Shown here: positions 1 through 12,595 of the stretch, piece after piece
Numbering within the stretch: the stretch's first letter is position 1
How the letters are laid out: each line of letters starts with the position of its first letter
DNA from: Octopus vulgaris
Lineage: Eukaryota
Assembly: GCA_951406725.2 (NCBI GenBank)
Contig: OX597821.1
Location: forward strand, 112,902,001-112,966,000
Direction: 5' to 3'
Length of the DNA stretch: 64,000 nt
The notes under the pieces: generated by a model
What the model was told of the DNA's origin: nothing
Databases searched by the model: none
What the model saw: only the letters and a program-made list of their open reading frames with translations
Position numbers and translations under genes: made by a program

Positions 1-739
1 CTGACGACGCCATTGTTCGCCATTTGCAATGTAAAATGAAACGAATTAAAAACAAGAGATTTTTTCATTCTTGCGTTTTTATCTAATATATTATGAATGC
101 TACATTATAACTGAATTTAATGCATAACGTAGTTTTGTTTATTGAGTTCTCAGCGTTTGTTTATTTGTTGCGTTATATTTAGCTCTTCTTTAGTTGATGT
201 ATATTTGATTTATGTAATACAATTTATATGAATCTTGTTTGTTTTTGCTGGGTGTGGTGCATGTATTTATTGTGCTTGAATTTGTTTCAATATTATTCTA
301 TAGCTTGGTTTTATTAATTGATTTGTGTAATATCCCATATAGACTAGCGTTTGTTCTTTTTCCAGCAGTTTCTTTTGTAGTGCATTGTTTGTGGACGATA
401 ATCTAAAGAATCTTGTGAATAAGTATTTTATATCTGACATTTTAGATCAATGTGGACATTCCCTATCTACATACACCATGTGCAAGTATTTATTGATGTT
501 TCCCGTGTATACAGATGCAATATAAATAATTTTCTATTTTTTCTTTATACCCTGATATGACAGAGAAAGCCTCGAAGCATCGATTGATATCTCAAATGTA
601 TTGTTTCTGGTGAAACATTAAGGGCTCGGCACGTGACGAAATTGGGAATATCCGAAAGATATTCAAAAATATTCTAAAAAATTTGAAAAGGAATATTAGA
701 AGTGCTTCCATTAATATATGTATTAAAGAAATGCTGTTT

Positions 740-862
740 CTTCACATACACAAATGCACAAACGCATACGCGCACGTGCACACACACTCATACACACACA
801 CGCGCGCACAAAACACACAGAAAAGGCATACACACACATACGCACACATGTATATGGATATT

Positions 863-909
<47 letters not shown>

Positions 910-1019
910 GAATACATATATACATCTATATATGCATATATATATATATCTGAGTGTATAATGCATGTGTATATGTATATACATGAATATATATGTATAC
1001 ATGGCTATATATGTACACA

Positions 1020-1057
<38 letters not shown>

Positions 1058-1175
1058 CTCCGACTTCTCTCAAGAACTGGTTGCATATGATGGAAACGCT
1101 AGAAAAACACAAATGGACTATCCCAAATGATACGCTTACATTGAATACTTCTCTGAATCGTTACTTAATAATAAC

Positions 1176-1210
<35 letters not shown>
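740..1210. repeat. (CA)n/(TA)n microsatellite cluster
   Basis: Visible CA and TA dinucleotide runs; they account for the YIYI/HTHT ORFs. Confidence 0.95.
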
Positions 1211-1211
<1 letters not shown>

Positions 1212-2755
1212 ACACACATGTAATTCCTTTAAAATTCTTCAAGTTGTCTATAGGAAAAACTGATACAATCAAATGTAGAACTACTAAAGTATGTATGGGG
1301 TCGGTGACAACGGGCAGACACAATAACGAAATAACATAAACGTACGCTACATAAACAGGGAACCTGCCATCGTCAGCTGTCTAATCAGACATCTTCATAG
1401 TTTTGCGGCTTCGACACCCGAGGTAATATATATATGTATGCAACGACTGCTTTGAGAAGCAGTGCCCTACTATAATCTCAAAACAGAGAGGACATTCAAC
1501 GTATTCTTAGAAGCGCTTAATAAAATACTAGATGGTCACAGCTGGATCGTCTTTGATCATAGGCAGGCTAAATCAGAGCTGACCTGAATCTAAATAACAT
1601 CAGTTTAATTTACGATTACAAACTTTGAGTAACGCTTTGAATTAACAAGGCTTATAGTGAAAGATCGAACTCAAAGCAAGTTCAATCAATAGTCTTTCCA
1701 ATATCCCAATACACATCTTCTCTCTTTTAATACTTCAATCAATTCCGAGCATCGTTGATTGGATCTCGAGAGGGAATATTGCAAGAGATTCTGTACTATA
1801 AAATGATTCATCTATGAAGAGATTTCATTTACGTTTGAAACAAAGTTTTCTGTCCTTATACCATACTTATCTAGAATCATCGCAGATTGAAACATCATTC
1901 ATAGGTTGATTATATGATTTAGATTATCGTCTATTTTTCCAGGTAATTGTTTTAAACATTCTCGCTTTAGAACGATACAAGAACTAAACGCCTTAAATGA
2001 CGTTGTTATTGTTGTTGGAGAAGAAGGAGTTATGCATTTGCTAACATCTTGATAGAGAGAATATATTAGAACTGGAGAAAAATATAGTATTAAAAACAAA
2101 CATTGAACAAATTGTAACATTTTGGCATGAAAAGAAAATCTCGTCCGTCAAATTCTTAAATTGGATAATAAGAAGAGAAATTTCAATGAGAAACGTCGTC
2201 TGTATATGAAAATACGAACCTTTAACATCTTGGAATCTTCATTGTAAATTCTAACCGCAAATTAGACTCTTGTAATGTTTAGACAGTTTGATTTAGTAGA
2301 ATATTTTACTGTTCTTTGGCATCAATCCATAATCAGTTACCGAACCAAAGTAGTAGAATATTACTGTCTACTGAAAATTTCACTAAAATTCTTCATTCTT
2401 TGATTTAAACTCGTCCAAATGCCAGACTATTGAAAATACCAAAATACTAAAAATCTTTATGTTTATTGATGGTGAAATTAACTTGGTTGGTAGACATAAT
2501 CAGTCACATAGTTAATCACCAATTCCTGACACTTGGGGGAGTTTTTAGTGGCGGAGAGGTCTATGTTGTAAGCATTGGTTTCAGGACTCGGATCGGAGAA
2601 TAACGCTCTTCGTCGCACAAGTCTTGGCGGTCCACGAGAAAACCACTACTTATTTACATTGACCCAAGTACTTATTTCTTTTTAATTAAACCTGGTACTT
2701 ACTTTATCCTTCTTTTGCTCAACCGTTACGTTATGAGGACGTAAGTACACCAATA

Positions 2756-2987
2756 CCTTTTTCTTTACTATCCACAAGGGACTAAACACAGAGAGGACAA
2801 ACAAGGACAGACAAACGGATTAAGTCGATTATATCGAGCCCAGTGCGTAACTGGTACTTAATTTATCGACCCATAAGGATGAAAGGCAAAGTCGACCTCG
2901 GCGGAATTTGAACTCAGAACGTAGCGGCAGACGAAATACTGCTAAGCATTTTTCCCGGCGTACTAACATATCTGCCAGCTCGCCGCC
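2756..2987 (-). mobile_element. Nin/Deu-domain SINE (family A) inserted into a family B SINE, 14-bp TSD
   Basis: Reverse complement of GGCGGCGAGCTGGCAGA...GTCGACTTTGCCTTTCATCC...AAGTACCAG. TAAGTACACCAATA is duplicated at 2742-2755 and 2988-3001. Confidence 0.85.
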
Positions 2988-3178
2988 TAAGTACACCAAT
3001 AACGGTTGTCAAGCGGAGGTAACAAACACAGACACAAGACACACGCACAGACACTCATTCACATTCACACACACACACACATACACAGTCACACACACAT
3101 ACACACACACACACACACTTCGTCAGTGGATCATTTATCTGAAAAAGAAGCACACTCTAAAAGTTAGAGCAGTAATGT

Positions 3179-3613
3179 ATGTCCGGTCACAGAATGACCA
3201 ATGATCTTGCATCCATAAAGCACTTGGCTTTATAGACAACTTCTTAGACACGCTAGATCTGGGGTCTCTCTTAAACTCAAGAAAGGAGATCTCTGACCCC
3301 TGCCTCCATTTCAAATGCTTCCTGCCGCATGCGTGGGATCTCTCGTTCGTCGATTAGGGCTGTAAAAACTGGAACCAACCTAAGGGTGAAGATTCCTCGA
3401 TCGCCTTTTAGATTCATAAGATTTGCTGACCGGACCGGTCTAAGAGCAATAACCCATTATTCTTTTGTTTACAAATTAACTGACCGTAACGGTTTTCTAA
3501 CTCCAGTTTGGAGAGAGGTTTATATGCTCGCGGCCATTGTAGACTGACGAGTCGTCAATAGAGCTAAGCGTTTTATTGGGTGCAAAATCATTGGTCACTC
3601 TATGACTGGACAT
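3179..3613. mobile_element. MITE-like non-autonomous DNA transposon with ~60-bp imperfect TIRs
   Basis: Left end ATGTCCGGTCACAGAATGACCAATGATCTTGCATCCATAAAGCACTTGGC versus right end GCTAAGCGTTTTATTGGGTGCAAAATCATTGGTCACTCTATGACTGGACAT. Related sequence at 21421-22250 and ~61085-61150. Confidence 0.7.
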
Positions 3614-3823
3614 TTATTTAACGTCATGTATATGACGTGCTTCTTTCAGTTTCCGTCTACCAAATTCACTCACAAGGCTTTGGTGGATTCGAAGTTATAG
3701 TAGTAGACTCTGACCCAAGGAGCCACGCAGAGGGACTGAACCCGGAAACATGTGGTTAAGAAGCAAGCATATTGCTACAAAACCATACCTGTGCGTGTGT
3801 GTTTGTGCGTGTTTGTGTGTGTT

Positions 3824-3869
<46 letters not shown>

Positions 3870-4177
3870 TGTGTCTGTGTGCGCAAGTATAGACAGATAG
3901 ACGAACAGATAAGCAGACAGACCTACAGACAGACAAACAGATTGGTTGATAGATAGATATGTTTCTTTATTAGCCACACAGGGTTGCACACAGACAGAAC
4001 AAATTGCAAGGTAGAGCTTTTCTTTTGGGGTAAAAAAGAGGGGGCTGGTTTTCGATCAAAAGGGATCGTAAAAGGAAAGAAAGAGGACAAAAAAGGGGAG
4101 GATTTTAAAAAAGGGGGGAGAGGGGAAAAAAGGGGAGAGGAAAAAAAAAGAAGTTGATCAATAGGGATCGTAATCAC

Positions 4178-4253
<76 letters not shown>

Positions 4254-5089
4254 GTACTTTTTTACAAATTGGGACTGCAGTAATTCTGGCACACCGCTAA
4301 ACAAACCAACACGAGGAGCTCAGAGAAGCAAACAAATTCAAATTAATTATGGTGGAAATAGTTGAAACTTAGAATCACACCAATGCCAGAGCTTAAACGT
4401 GCTTCTTTAACTTAAAGTGAGAGCCAAGAAAAGACAGATTAGAATCCAAATGAATAATTCTTAAATATAATTTTAAATTATTGTATTTCTACTTCTACCT
4501 TCAAATGGACTTTCCAAGGAATTTCTTCCTAGAATTTGTTTTATTGTTTCTCATTCTTCACTCCTGTCTTTTTCGACCTGTTCATTCTTCACATATTTAT
4601 TCTGAAATGTCTTTCCTTTTCTTTTAAATTCACATTTATCAAAACACCTGCATTTCGAATATAAACCTTTTCCTAATGCCTAAATTTCACCCGCATATAA
4701 CCCAAAGGCAAGACAGCCATTTTGCACTAGAAGTGCGAGTTATTAAAGCAAAAATGTTAATTTTTCCGAAAACGTATTTTTTTTTTAGCAACCATCTATT
4801 TGCAGCAAACTTCTTTTTCAATCTAACAAATATGTAAAATTGTTTTACTTGTTGTTGTTGCTGCTGCAACTGTGGTTGTTGTTTTCTTGCTGCTGTTTTC
4901 AAACAAAATCTAAATATTATACAACAATCGTAAATTTAGTTATGGAAAGCATATTTTTCATATGGAAAACACACTTTTAGGGTGGAAAAATCTCTCATTA
5001 TGTATTTTTAAAATCAATTATGTTGGCAAAATTTAACAATTTTCAAATTTATCCCTTTTCTCTTTTCTTCCTTTTCTTCACTTTCTTTC

Positions 5090-5100
5090 ACACACACACA

Positions 5101-5147
<47 letters not shown>

Positions 5148-5461
5148 GCCCTTTCCACATTCTGTAACCCTTGTTCTTTATTTATCCATCCAAGCACACA
5201 TACATACATACATTCATACATACATACATTCATACATACATACATTCATACATGCATACATACATACATACATACATACATACATGCATACATACATACA
5301 TACATACATTCATACATACATACACACACACACATATATATATATACGTGTGTGTATGAATGTATATATATGTGTGTCTGTATGTATGCATGTATGTATA
5401 TATAAATATCTGCATATATATATATATATATATATATAGCACAAGGACACACACACATATG

Positions 5462-5508
<47 letters not shown>

Positions 5509-5608
5509 GTACATTTGTACTCATGTATATATATATGCACATATACATATACGCCCACACACACATATATATAGGTGTGTGTGTATATGCATGCACATAT
5601 TTATACAT

Positions 5609-5670
<62 letters not shown>

Positions 5671-5861
5671 ACAGCACTAACTCGTCTCCGATGGATTTCA
5701 TGGTTTTCTTTTATCCCTTTCCTTCTTTCCACTCCTCTCCCTCTCCCTCTCTCTCTCTCTCTCTCCCATTATTCTCTCCCGATATCTATAAATCCTTTTA
5801 TAACACACACACACACATACACACACTGTTCTCCCCATACAACTACACTTCTTCATGCGCG

Positions 5862-5898
<37 letters not shown>

Positions 5899-6178
5899 AA
5901 AGACACGCACACGCACAAACTTTCACAAACACATCCATACACATTAAGCGTATACACACACATTTTGAAACGCACTTACACACACACGCGCACACACACA
6001 TGAAATCCCTCTCTCACAAACATACACATAATCATATATGCACATACACACACTCTCCTCCTGTCTCCCTCTTTCTCTCTATCTCCTTCTCTTTCGCTCT
6101 CATACATATTCACACACGTTCACACCCACAAACTCACATCCATACATACATTCTGTGTCACAAACTTACACACACACG

Positions 6179-6243
<65 letters not shown>

Positions 6244-6248
6244 ACACA

Positions 6249-6323
<75 letters not shown>

Positions 6324-6334
6324 ACACACACACA

Positions 6335-6370
<36 letters not shown>

Positions 6371-6956
6371 AGCTTTGCATAAACACACATATACAGCGCC
6401 ACATGCAAAAACACCTTCACACACTGATACAAACACACACACACACACACACACACGCACGCACAAATACACACATGCACACACGTGTGTATACACTCAC
6501 ATGTATACACATGAACACAAACACATTGCACGCAGATACAGGCAGACCGGGGTCAGTCTCCCATGGATGCACAACTCCCACGAGATAACAACAGCAACAA
6601 CAACAGCAACGACATCGCTGGGACAAAGAAAATGTCACAACAAAAACAATGAGAACCACATCATCATCATCAGCAGCAGCAGTAGCAGCAGCAGCAACAA
6701 CAACAACTTTAGAACTACAACAGCAACAATAACATCAGGAAAAACGACAAAGAACATCATCATCATCATCATCGTCGTCGTCGTCGTCGTCGTCATCATC
6801 ACCATCATCATCACCATGGTCTTCATCATCTCCATCATCACCATCAGCATCGTCATCATCGTCGTCGTCGTCGTCGTCGTCATCGTCGTCATCCTCATCA
6901 CTATCATTGTCATCATCATCATCATCGTCGTCGTCGTCATCGTCGTCATCATCATT

Positions 6957-6993
<37 letters not shown>

Positions 6994-7160
6994 CCATCAT
7001 CATTGTTATTATCATCATCATCACCACTACCACCACCACCATCATCATCATCATCGTCGTCGTCATCATCGACATCATCATCGTCGTTGTCATCATCATC
7101 ATCGTCATCATCATCATCAGCATCATCGTCGTCATCATCGACATCATCATTGTCGTTGTC

Positions 7161-7205
<45 letters not shown>

Positions 7206-7545
7206 GTCGTTGTCGTCGTCGTCGTTGTCATCATCATCATCATCATCATCATCATCTTCATCATCGTTGTCTTCATCATTGTCATCATCATCGCCAACAG
7301 CAATAACATCACCCATAAAAAAAAACAGCAGCGATGACATCATAACATCATCATTGACAACAGCAGCAGCAGCAGCAGCAACAATAACAACAAAAGCAAC
7401 AACAACGACGAAGGCGACGACAAAATAAAAACAACAACAACAACAACAAATGCAAGAGTAGCGGTGAGAGCAGCAGCAACGACCACGACGACCACGACAA
7501 GAGTACGATCAACGACACCAATTACAACAACAACAACAACAACAG
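5090..7545. repeat. Compound microsatellite block: (CT)n, (TACA)n, (TA)n, (CA)n, (ATC/GTC)n, (CAA/CAG)n
   Basis: Direct inspection; explains the 548-aa HT/I/V ORF and the poly-D, poly-S and poly-M ORFs. Confidence 0.95.
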
Positions 7546-7717
7546 CAAAAGGCAAGTGTTCCCATCCACATCGACCAAATTATGTTATCAAATGAGGTGT
7601 AGTGGCCTTAATGGGTTCACATGTTGACTCAACAACAACCATTAACTTTTGTAGATAATCTCTAAACGAGCACTTGATGAACCCTGCAAAATGGCTTCTC
7701 GTTATTTCCATTGTTGG

Positions 7718-7749
<32 letters not shown>

Positions 7750-7917
7750 TTGTTGTTGCTGCTGCCGTTGTCGTCGTCGTTGCCATGGTAAGTCAAGATA
7801 GATTAGGTCACTAACTGTGCTGTAGATAAACACGCTGGAATGTTGGTGTGTGTATATGTTCATACATGCCTACATTCATACATACATACATACATTTATA
7901 TAAACATATATTTATAT

Positions 7918-7950
<33 letters not shown>

Positions 7951-7965
7951 CATACATACATAAGT

Positions 7966-8023
<58 letters not shown>

Positions 8024-8098
8024 ATATATATAAATATATGTGTATATATATATATGTATTTATATGTTGTGTTTTCATGTTTGGGTTAACTATATATG

Positions 8099-8147
<49 letters not shown>

Positions 8148-8164
8148 GTATGTATGTATCTATG

Positions 8165-8224
<60 letters not shown>

Positions 8225-8329
8225 CAAACACCCACATATGTATAATTATATAATACACATACATGTATATACTTATGTATGTGTGTATGTATGTATGTAT
8301 GTATTGACTGGGTGGATATCGAGGTCCTT

Positions 8330-8750
8330 CAGGACAAGTGATCAAAATGTCATCTTGACCTTGTAGACGAGCATTGTTCTCAGGCCTCTGGACTACTGTT
8401 CTCAGCTGTGGTCATCACATTGCATGGAGCTGAACGGGGAAGCTTGAAGCGACCCAACACTAAAATGATCTGCCACAATGTAGCAGATAAGTTACTGGGA
8501 GAGACTAAAAAGAGCTACTTTACAATTGAAACGAAAATGCGAAAGACGTGTAATAATTTACATGTGGAATATTCTGGAAGAGTTAGTACCTAATTTTGGT
8601 ATCATGCGGTGTGCAAGTGTCCGTAATGGACGTCATTGCGTAGTGCCAAGGGCAACGTCCACTGCAATAGCTTGGAACTCACTGCTATTCAAGGCTCTGC
8701 CAAAAGAGTTAAGAAATTTACACAATTTGAGTGTTTCGAAAATTAACTGG
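8330..8750 (+). mobile_element. Degenerate 3' fragment of CR1-group LINE ORF2
   Basis: IIYMWNILEELVPNFGI...[10 protein letters not shown]...LFKALPKELRNLH matches the C-terminus of the LINEs at 14558-14989 and 18014-18400. Confidence 0.8.
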
Positions 8751-8756
8751 GTATAA

Positions 8757-9330
8757 GGCTGCGAGCTGGCAGAAACGTTAGCACGCCGGGCGAAATGCTT
8801 AGCGGTATTTCGTCTGTCCTTTTGTTCTGAGTTTAAATTCTGTCGAGGTCGACTTTGCCTTCCATCCTTAGGGAGTCGATAATATAATCGACTTAATCCG
8901 TTTGTCTGTCCTTGTTTGTCCCCCTCTATGTTTAGCCCCTTGTGGGTAGTAAAGAAATAGGTATTTCGTCTTTCTTTACATACTGAGTTCAAATTCTGCC
9001 GAGGTCGCTTTTCTTTCATTTTTTTAAGGGTCGATAAATTAAGTACCAGTTGCATTCTGGAGTCGATCTAATCGACTGGTCTCCTCCCCCAAAATGTTGG
9101 GCCATGTGCCTAGAGTAGAAAAGTATATTATAAGGCGGTGAGCTGGAAGAAACGTTAGCATACCGGGCGAAATGCTTAGCGCTATTTCGTTTGTCTTTAC
9201 GTTCTGAGTTCAAATTCCGCCGAGGTCGACTTTGCCTTTCATCCTTTCGGGGTCAATCAATTAAGTACCAGTTCCGTACTGGGATCGACTGGGCCCCACT
9301 CCCTAAAAATTTCGGGCCTTGGGCCTAGAG
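8757..9330 (+). mobile_element. Cluster of family A (Nin/Deu-domain) SINE copies
   Basis: Heads GGC(T/G)G(C/T)GAGCTGG(C/A)AGAAACGTTAGCA at ~8757 and ~9134, with repeated GTCGACTTTGCCTT bodies. Confidence 0.85.
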
Positions 9331-9989
9331 TAAAAAAAAAAAGAAAAAATAATAGGGTATTTTCCTATCCTCGAACTGACGTCCCGGCATCGAGTGCAGA
9401 CAGGGATGGGTGTCAAACTGCCTCGAAGACCGGGGGCTGGGGGAAAGCGCATGCAAGATTGGGGATATGAATTCCCATAATTTAGAGGAAATCAACCACA
9501 TAAGTGGGTTGTGGGAAGGGTAAAAAGTCGTGATGGTGCTCCAGCATGACCGCAGCCGCACTTACACGCTCACACACACGCCTATGTATACACACGCCTA
9601 TGTATACACACCCACACCCACACAAACACACACATATATAAATATGAATATATACATACATATATATACATATATATATATGTCCACACCCCACCCGTGC
9701 TTTCCCCACTCTCGCCTCCCCCACCTCCCAACATCACACCACACCACACTACACCATACAACATTACACATCACATCACAACACACCACCCACACACCCA
9801 TCCCCACATTTTCACACCTACGCATACATACACGCACACGTCCAGACCACCAGCCCTCTTTCACACGCACGTACATACTCTCTTATACACACACGCACCT
9901 TCGTGTTGGGGGTCATCTTTACTTTATTATCTCCCCTACTTCTTCCCTCTCGTGTGTGACCCTTCTGTCCGAAGTCAGTCGCCATGATA

Positions 9990-10180
9990 GATCGTTAGCC
10001 ACTACACACATTTTTTTCTCTCCCTTGTTTCTCTCCTTGTTTTTTCTGTGTCCCTTTCTGTAGAAGAGCGTAGGCTCGAAACGTAAAATACTTTTTCTAT
10101 TCCTGAGCGTTATACTAATACATCTGTTTGTTTTGTACACCACCTATCTTTGTCTTTTGTTTTTTCGTAAACTCTCACTA
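9990..10180 (+). mobile_element. Short T-rich repeat (Penelope pLTR-like) with minimal hammerhead-like motif at 10054-10089
   Basis: TTT CTGTAGA A GAGC-gtag-GCTC GAAA CG TA AAA. Near-identical reverse copy at ~48740-48920. Confidence 0.6.
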
Positions 10181-10310
10181 TGTATATATATATATTACCT
10201 CTTCTGGCTTAACGGCCCTCCATGTTTGCTTTCGTTTTGTTTGTTGTATGTTTCCACTGTCCTGTTTTATTTAATTTAATTCTTTCGCAGGAAGGACTAG
10301 CTCGACATAA

Positions 10311-10371
10311 CGTGTTCTGTCCTCACCTTCGAAACACGCTGGAGTTGAACTAGGGACAGCTGATGAAGGGG
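10311..10371 (+). ncRNA. Candidate non-circularly permuted hammerhead ribozyme, copy 1
   Basis: CGTG-T-T-CTGTCC(T) / CTTC-GAAA-CACG / (G)GGACAG-CTGATGA-A-GGGG. Stems I, II and III all pair and both core motifs are intact. Confidence 0.7.
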
Positions 10372-11260
10372 ATTTTTCCTTGTGTAGTTGTCTTGTACTC
10401 TGTTTTTTCGTTGTTAAACAAATGGTCCGTTCCATGCTGTTTTTACGTTTTCGTTTCTCGTTGAGTTCTACGTCTAATTGTGGTGTCCTGTACACACGTA
10501 TATATATTTATATATGCATGTATATATACATGTAGATGTAGGTACATACATATATGTTTGTATGTATGCATATATTTTATTTATTACACTATACATATAT
10601 ACGACGGGCTTCTTTCATTTTCCGTCCACCAAATCCACTCACAAGGCTTTGGTCGGCCGAGGCTATAGTAGAAGACATTTGCCCAAAGTGCCACGCAGTG
10701 GGACTGAACCCGGAACCATGTGGTTGGTAAGCAAGCTACTTACCACACAGTCACTTCTAAGATGGTGTGATATGACTTGTGGGAGATTTGGCTGTTATTT
10801 CTTGCATGCTGATCGATTACAACCGGACCTAATTCCAGACGAACCCCGAACACTCCTCTCCAATTTAAAATTAAATGAGGCTCCGACGTTCACGACATCA
10901 TGATGTCTACGAACGAAATCCTCTAATTACTCTTGTTAATTACATCTCATCATAGAAATACTTAGATGCGATTAATTAAGGCAAGGCTTCAATTTCCTCA
11001 TTTATTTTGTTTCTTTATTATTGTTGCTGTTGTTGCTGTTGTTGCTGTTGTTGTTGTTGTTGTTGCTGCTGTGGCTGTTGTTGTTGCGTTTGTATTCAAT
11101 TTGTCACAGGAAGTAGAAAAGCAGATGTCCTGTTGAGCTTTCTACGCTCTCTGTTTGGGATTAAACATTCAGATGAAACAAGGAATAGTAATTTTGCTTT
11201 TGGAATTCTTGAGGATTCTTTGATTCTTGCACATCCTGGTGAACTCGCATTTATTTTTAG

Positions 11261-11444
11261 GTGCAGGAGTGGCTGTGTGGTAAGTAGTTTGCTTCCCAAC
11301 CACATGGTTCCGGGTTCATTCCCACTGCGTGGCAGCTTGGGCAAGTGTTTTCTATTATAGCCTCGGGCCGACCAAAGCCTTGTGTGTGGATTTGGTAGAC
11401 GGAATCTGAAAGAAGCCCGTCGTATATATGTATATATGTATATG

Positions 11445-11508
<64 letters not shown>

Positions 11509-11710
11509 GTGTGTCTGTGTTTATCCCCTTAACATCGCTTGACAACCGATGCTGGTGTGTTTACGTCCCCGTAACTTAGCGGTTCGGAAAAAGAGGCCGA
11601 TAGAATAAGTACTAGGCTTACAAAGAATAAGTCCTAGGGTCGATTTCTTTGACTAAAGGAAGTGCTCCAGCATGGCCACAGCCACATGACTGAAACAAGT
11701 AAAAGAGTAA
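11261..11710 (+). mobile_element. Full-length tRNA-derived SINE (family B) with internal TA/TG microsatellite and CR1-group LINE-type 3' tail
   Basis: A-box-like TGGCTGTGTGG, B-box-like GGGTTCATTCCC, tail GTGCTCCAGCATGGCCACAG...TGACTGAAACAAGTAAAAGA. Further copies or fragments at ~3640-3790, 10602-10757, 11780-12281, 15755-15905, 16838-17006, 29270-29615, 32110-32240, 37435-37800, 46630-46955, 51675-52165, 59450-59912, 62670-63000. Confidence 0.85.
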
Positions 11711-12066
11711 AATAGTATATGTCAGTCATTGGAGTACGGCCACGCTGGAGTACGGCCATGCAACTCTTTCAAGGGATTTTAGTCGAATAAATACTCACCA
11801 GTGCTTATTTATTTATCTATATACTTACTTTTGCTTAAATGCGGTATCTATTTCATTAGTTTATTTCACCGAACTGCTAAGTTACGGGGATATAAAGACA
11901 CTGGCATCGGTTGTCAAGTAATGGCGAGTGGGGGGACAAACACAGACACATACACACATAAATACATACACACGCTCTCACACATACACACACACGCACT
12001 CACATATATATATATACATTATACATAGATATATATATATAAATATATATATGTATATATACATAT

Positions 12067-12124
<58 letters not shown>

Positions 12125-12595
12125 GACGGGCTTCTTTCAGCTTTCGTCTAACAAATCCACTCACAAGGCTTTTGTCGGCCCGAAGCTATAGTAGAAGACG
12201 CCCAAGGTGCTACACAGTGGGATTGAACCTGAAACAATACAGTTGGAAGGCAAACTTCTTGCCACACAGCTACGCCTGCGCCAGAAAATGGAGAAAGATG
12301 GATGTATTTGTATGATATAAAGATGTTGAAATTTAAAAAGGAAATAATAATACAAATAAATTATAAGTTATAAAACTAAAAAAGAAAATGGTAGATGCAA
12401 AAGAACCTACATATATGTTTCACTTCTAGCCCCTAGTTGATATGCAATTCTAAGCATTTGGTTATATGCTAAGAAAGGTATCATTTTTAACTATATGGGG
12501 CGGAACTTCTCCAGGGTTTTTATGAGTTTATAGAAGAAAGGATACCATATTTTTTTAAAGAAAATAAGGTTAACATATTTCTTGAAAGGATGCAT

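Noticed and set aside
1570-2500. Non-repetitive AT-rich stretch with short ORFs (also 33570-34200, 63330-64000)
   Set aside because: No recognisable motif or credible exon structure; needs a homology search.
5691-7337. 548-aa ORF and overlapping poly-D/S/M ORFs
   Set aside because: Translation of stop-free CA and ATC/GTC microsatellites; no domain content.
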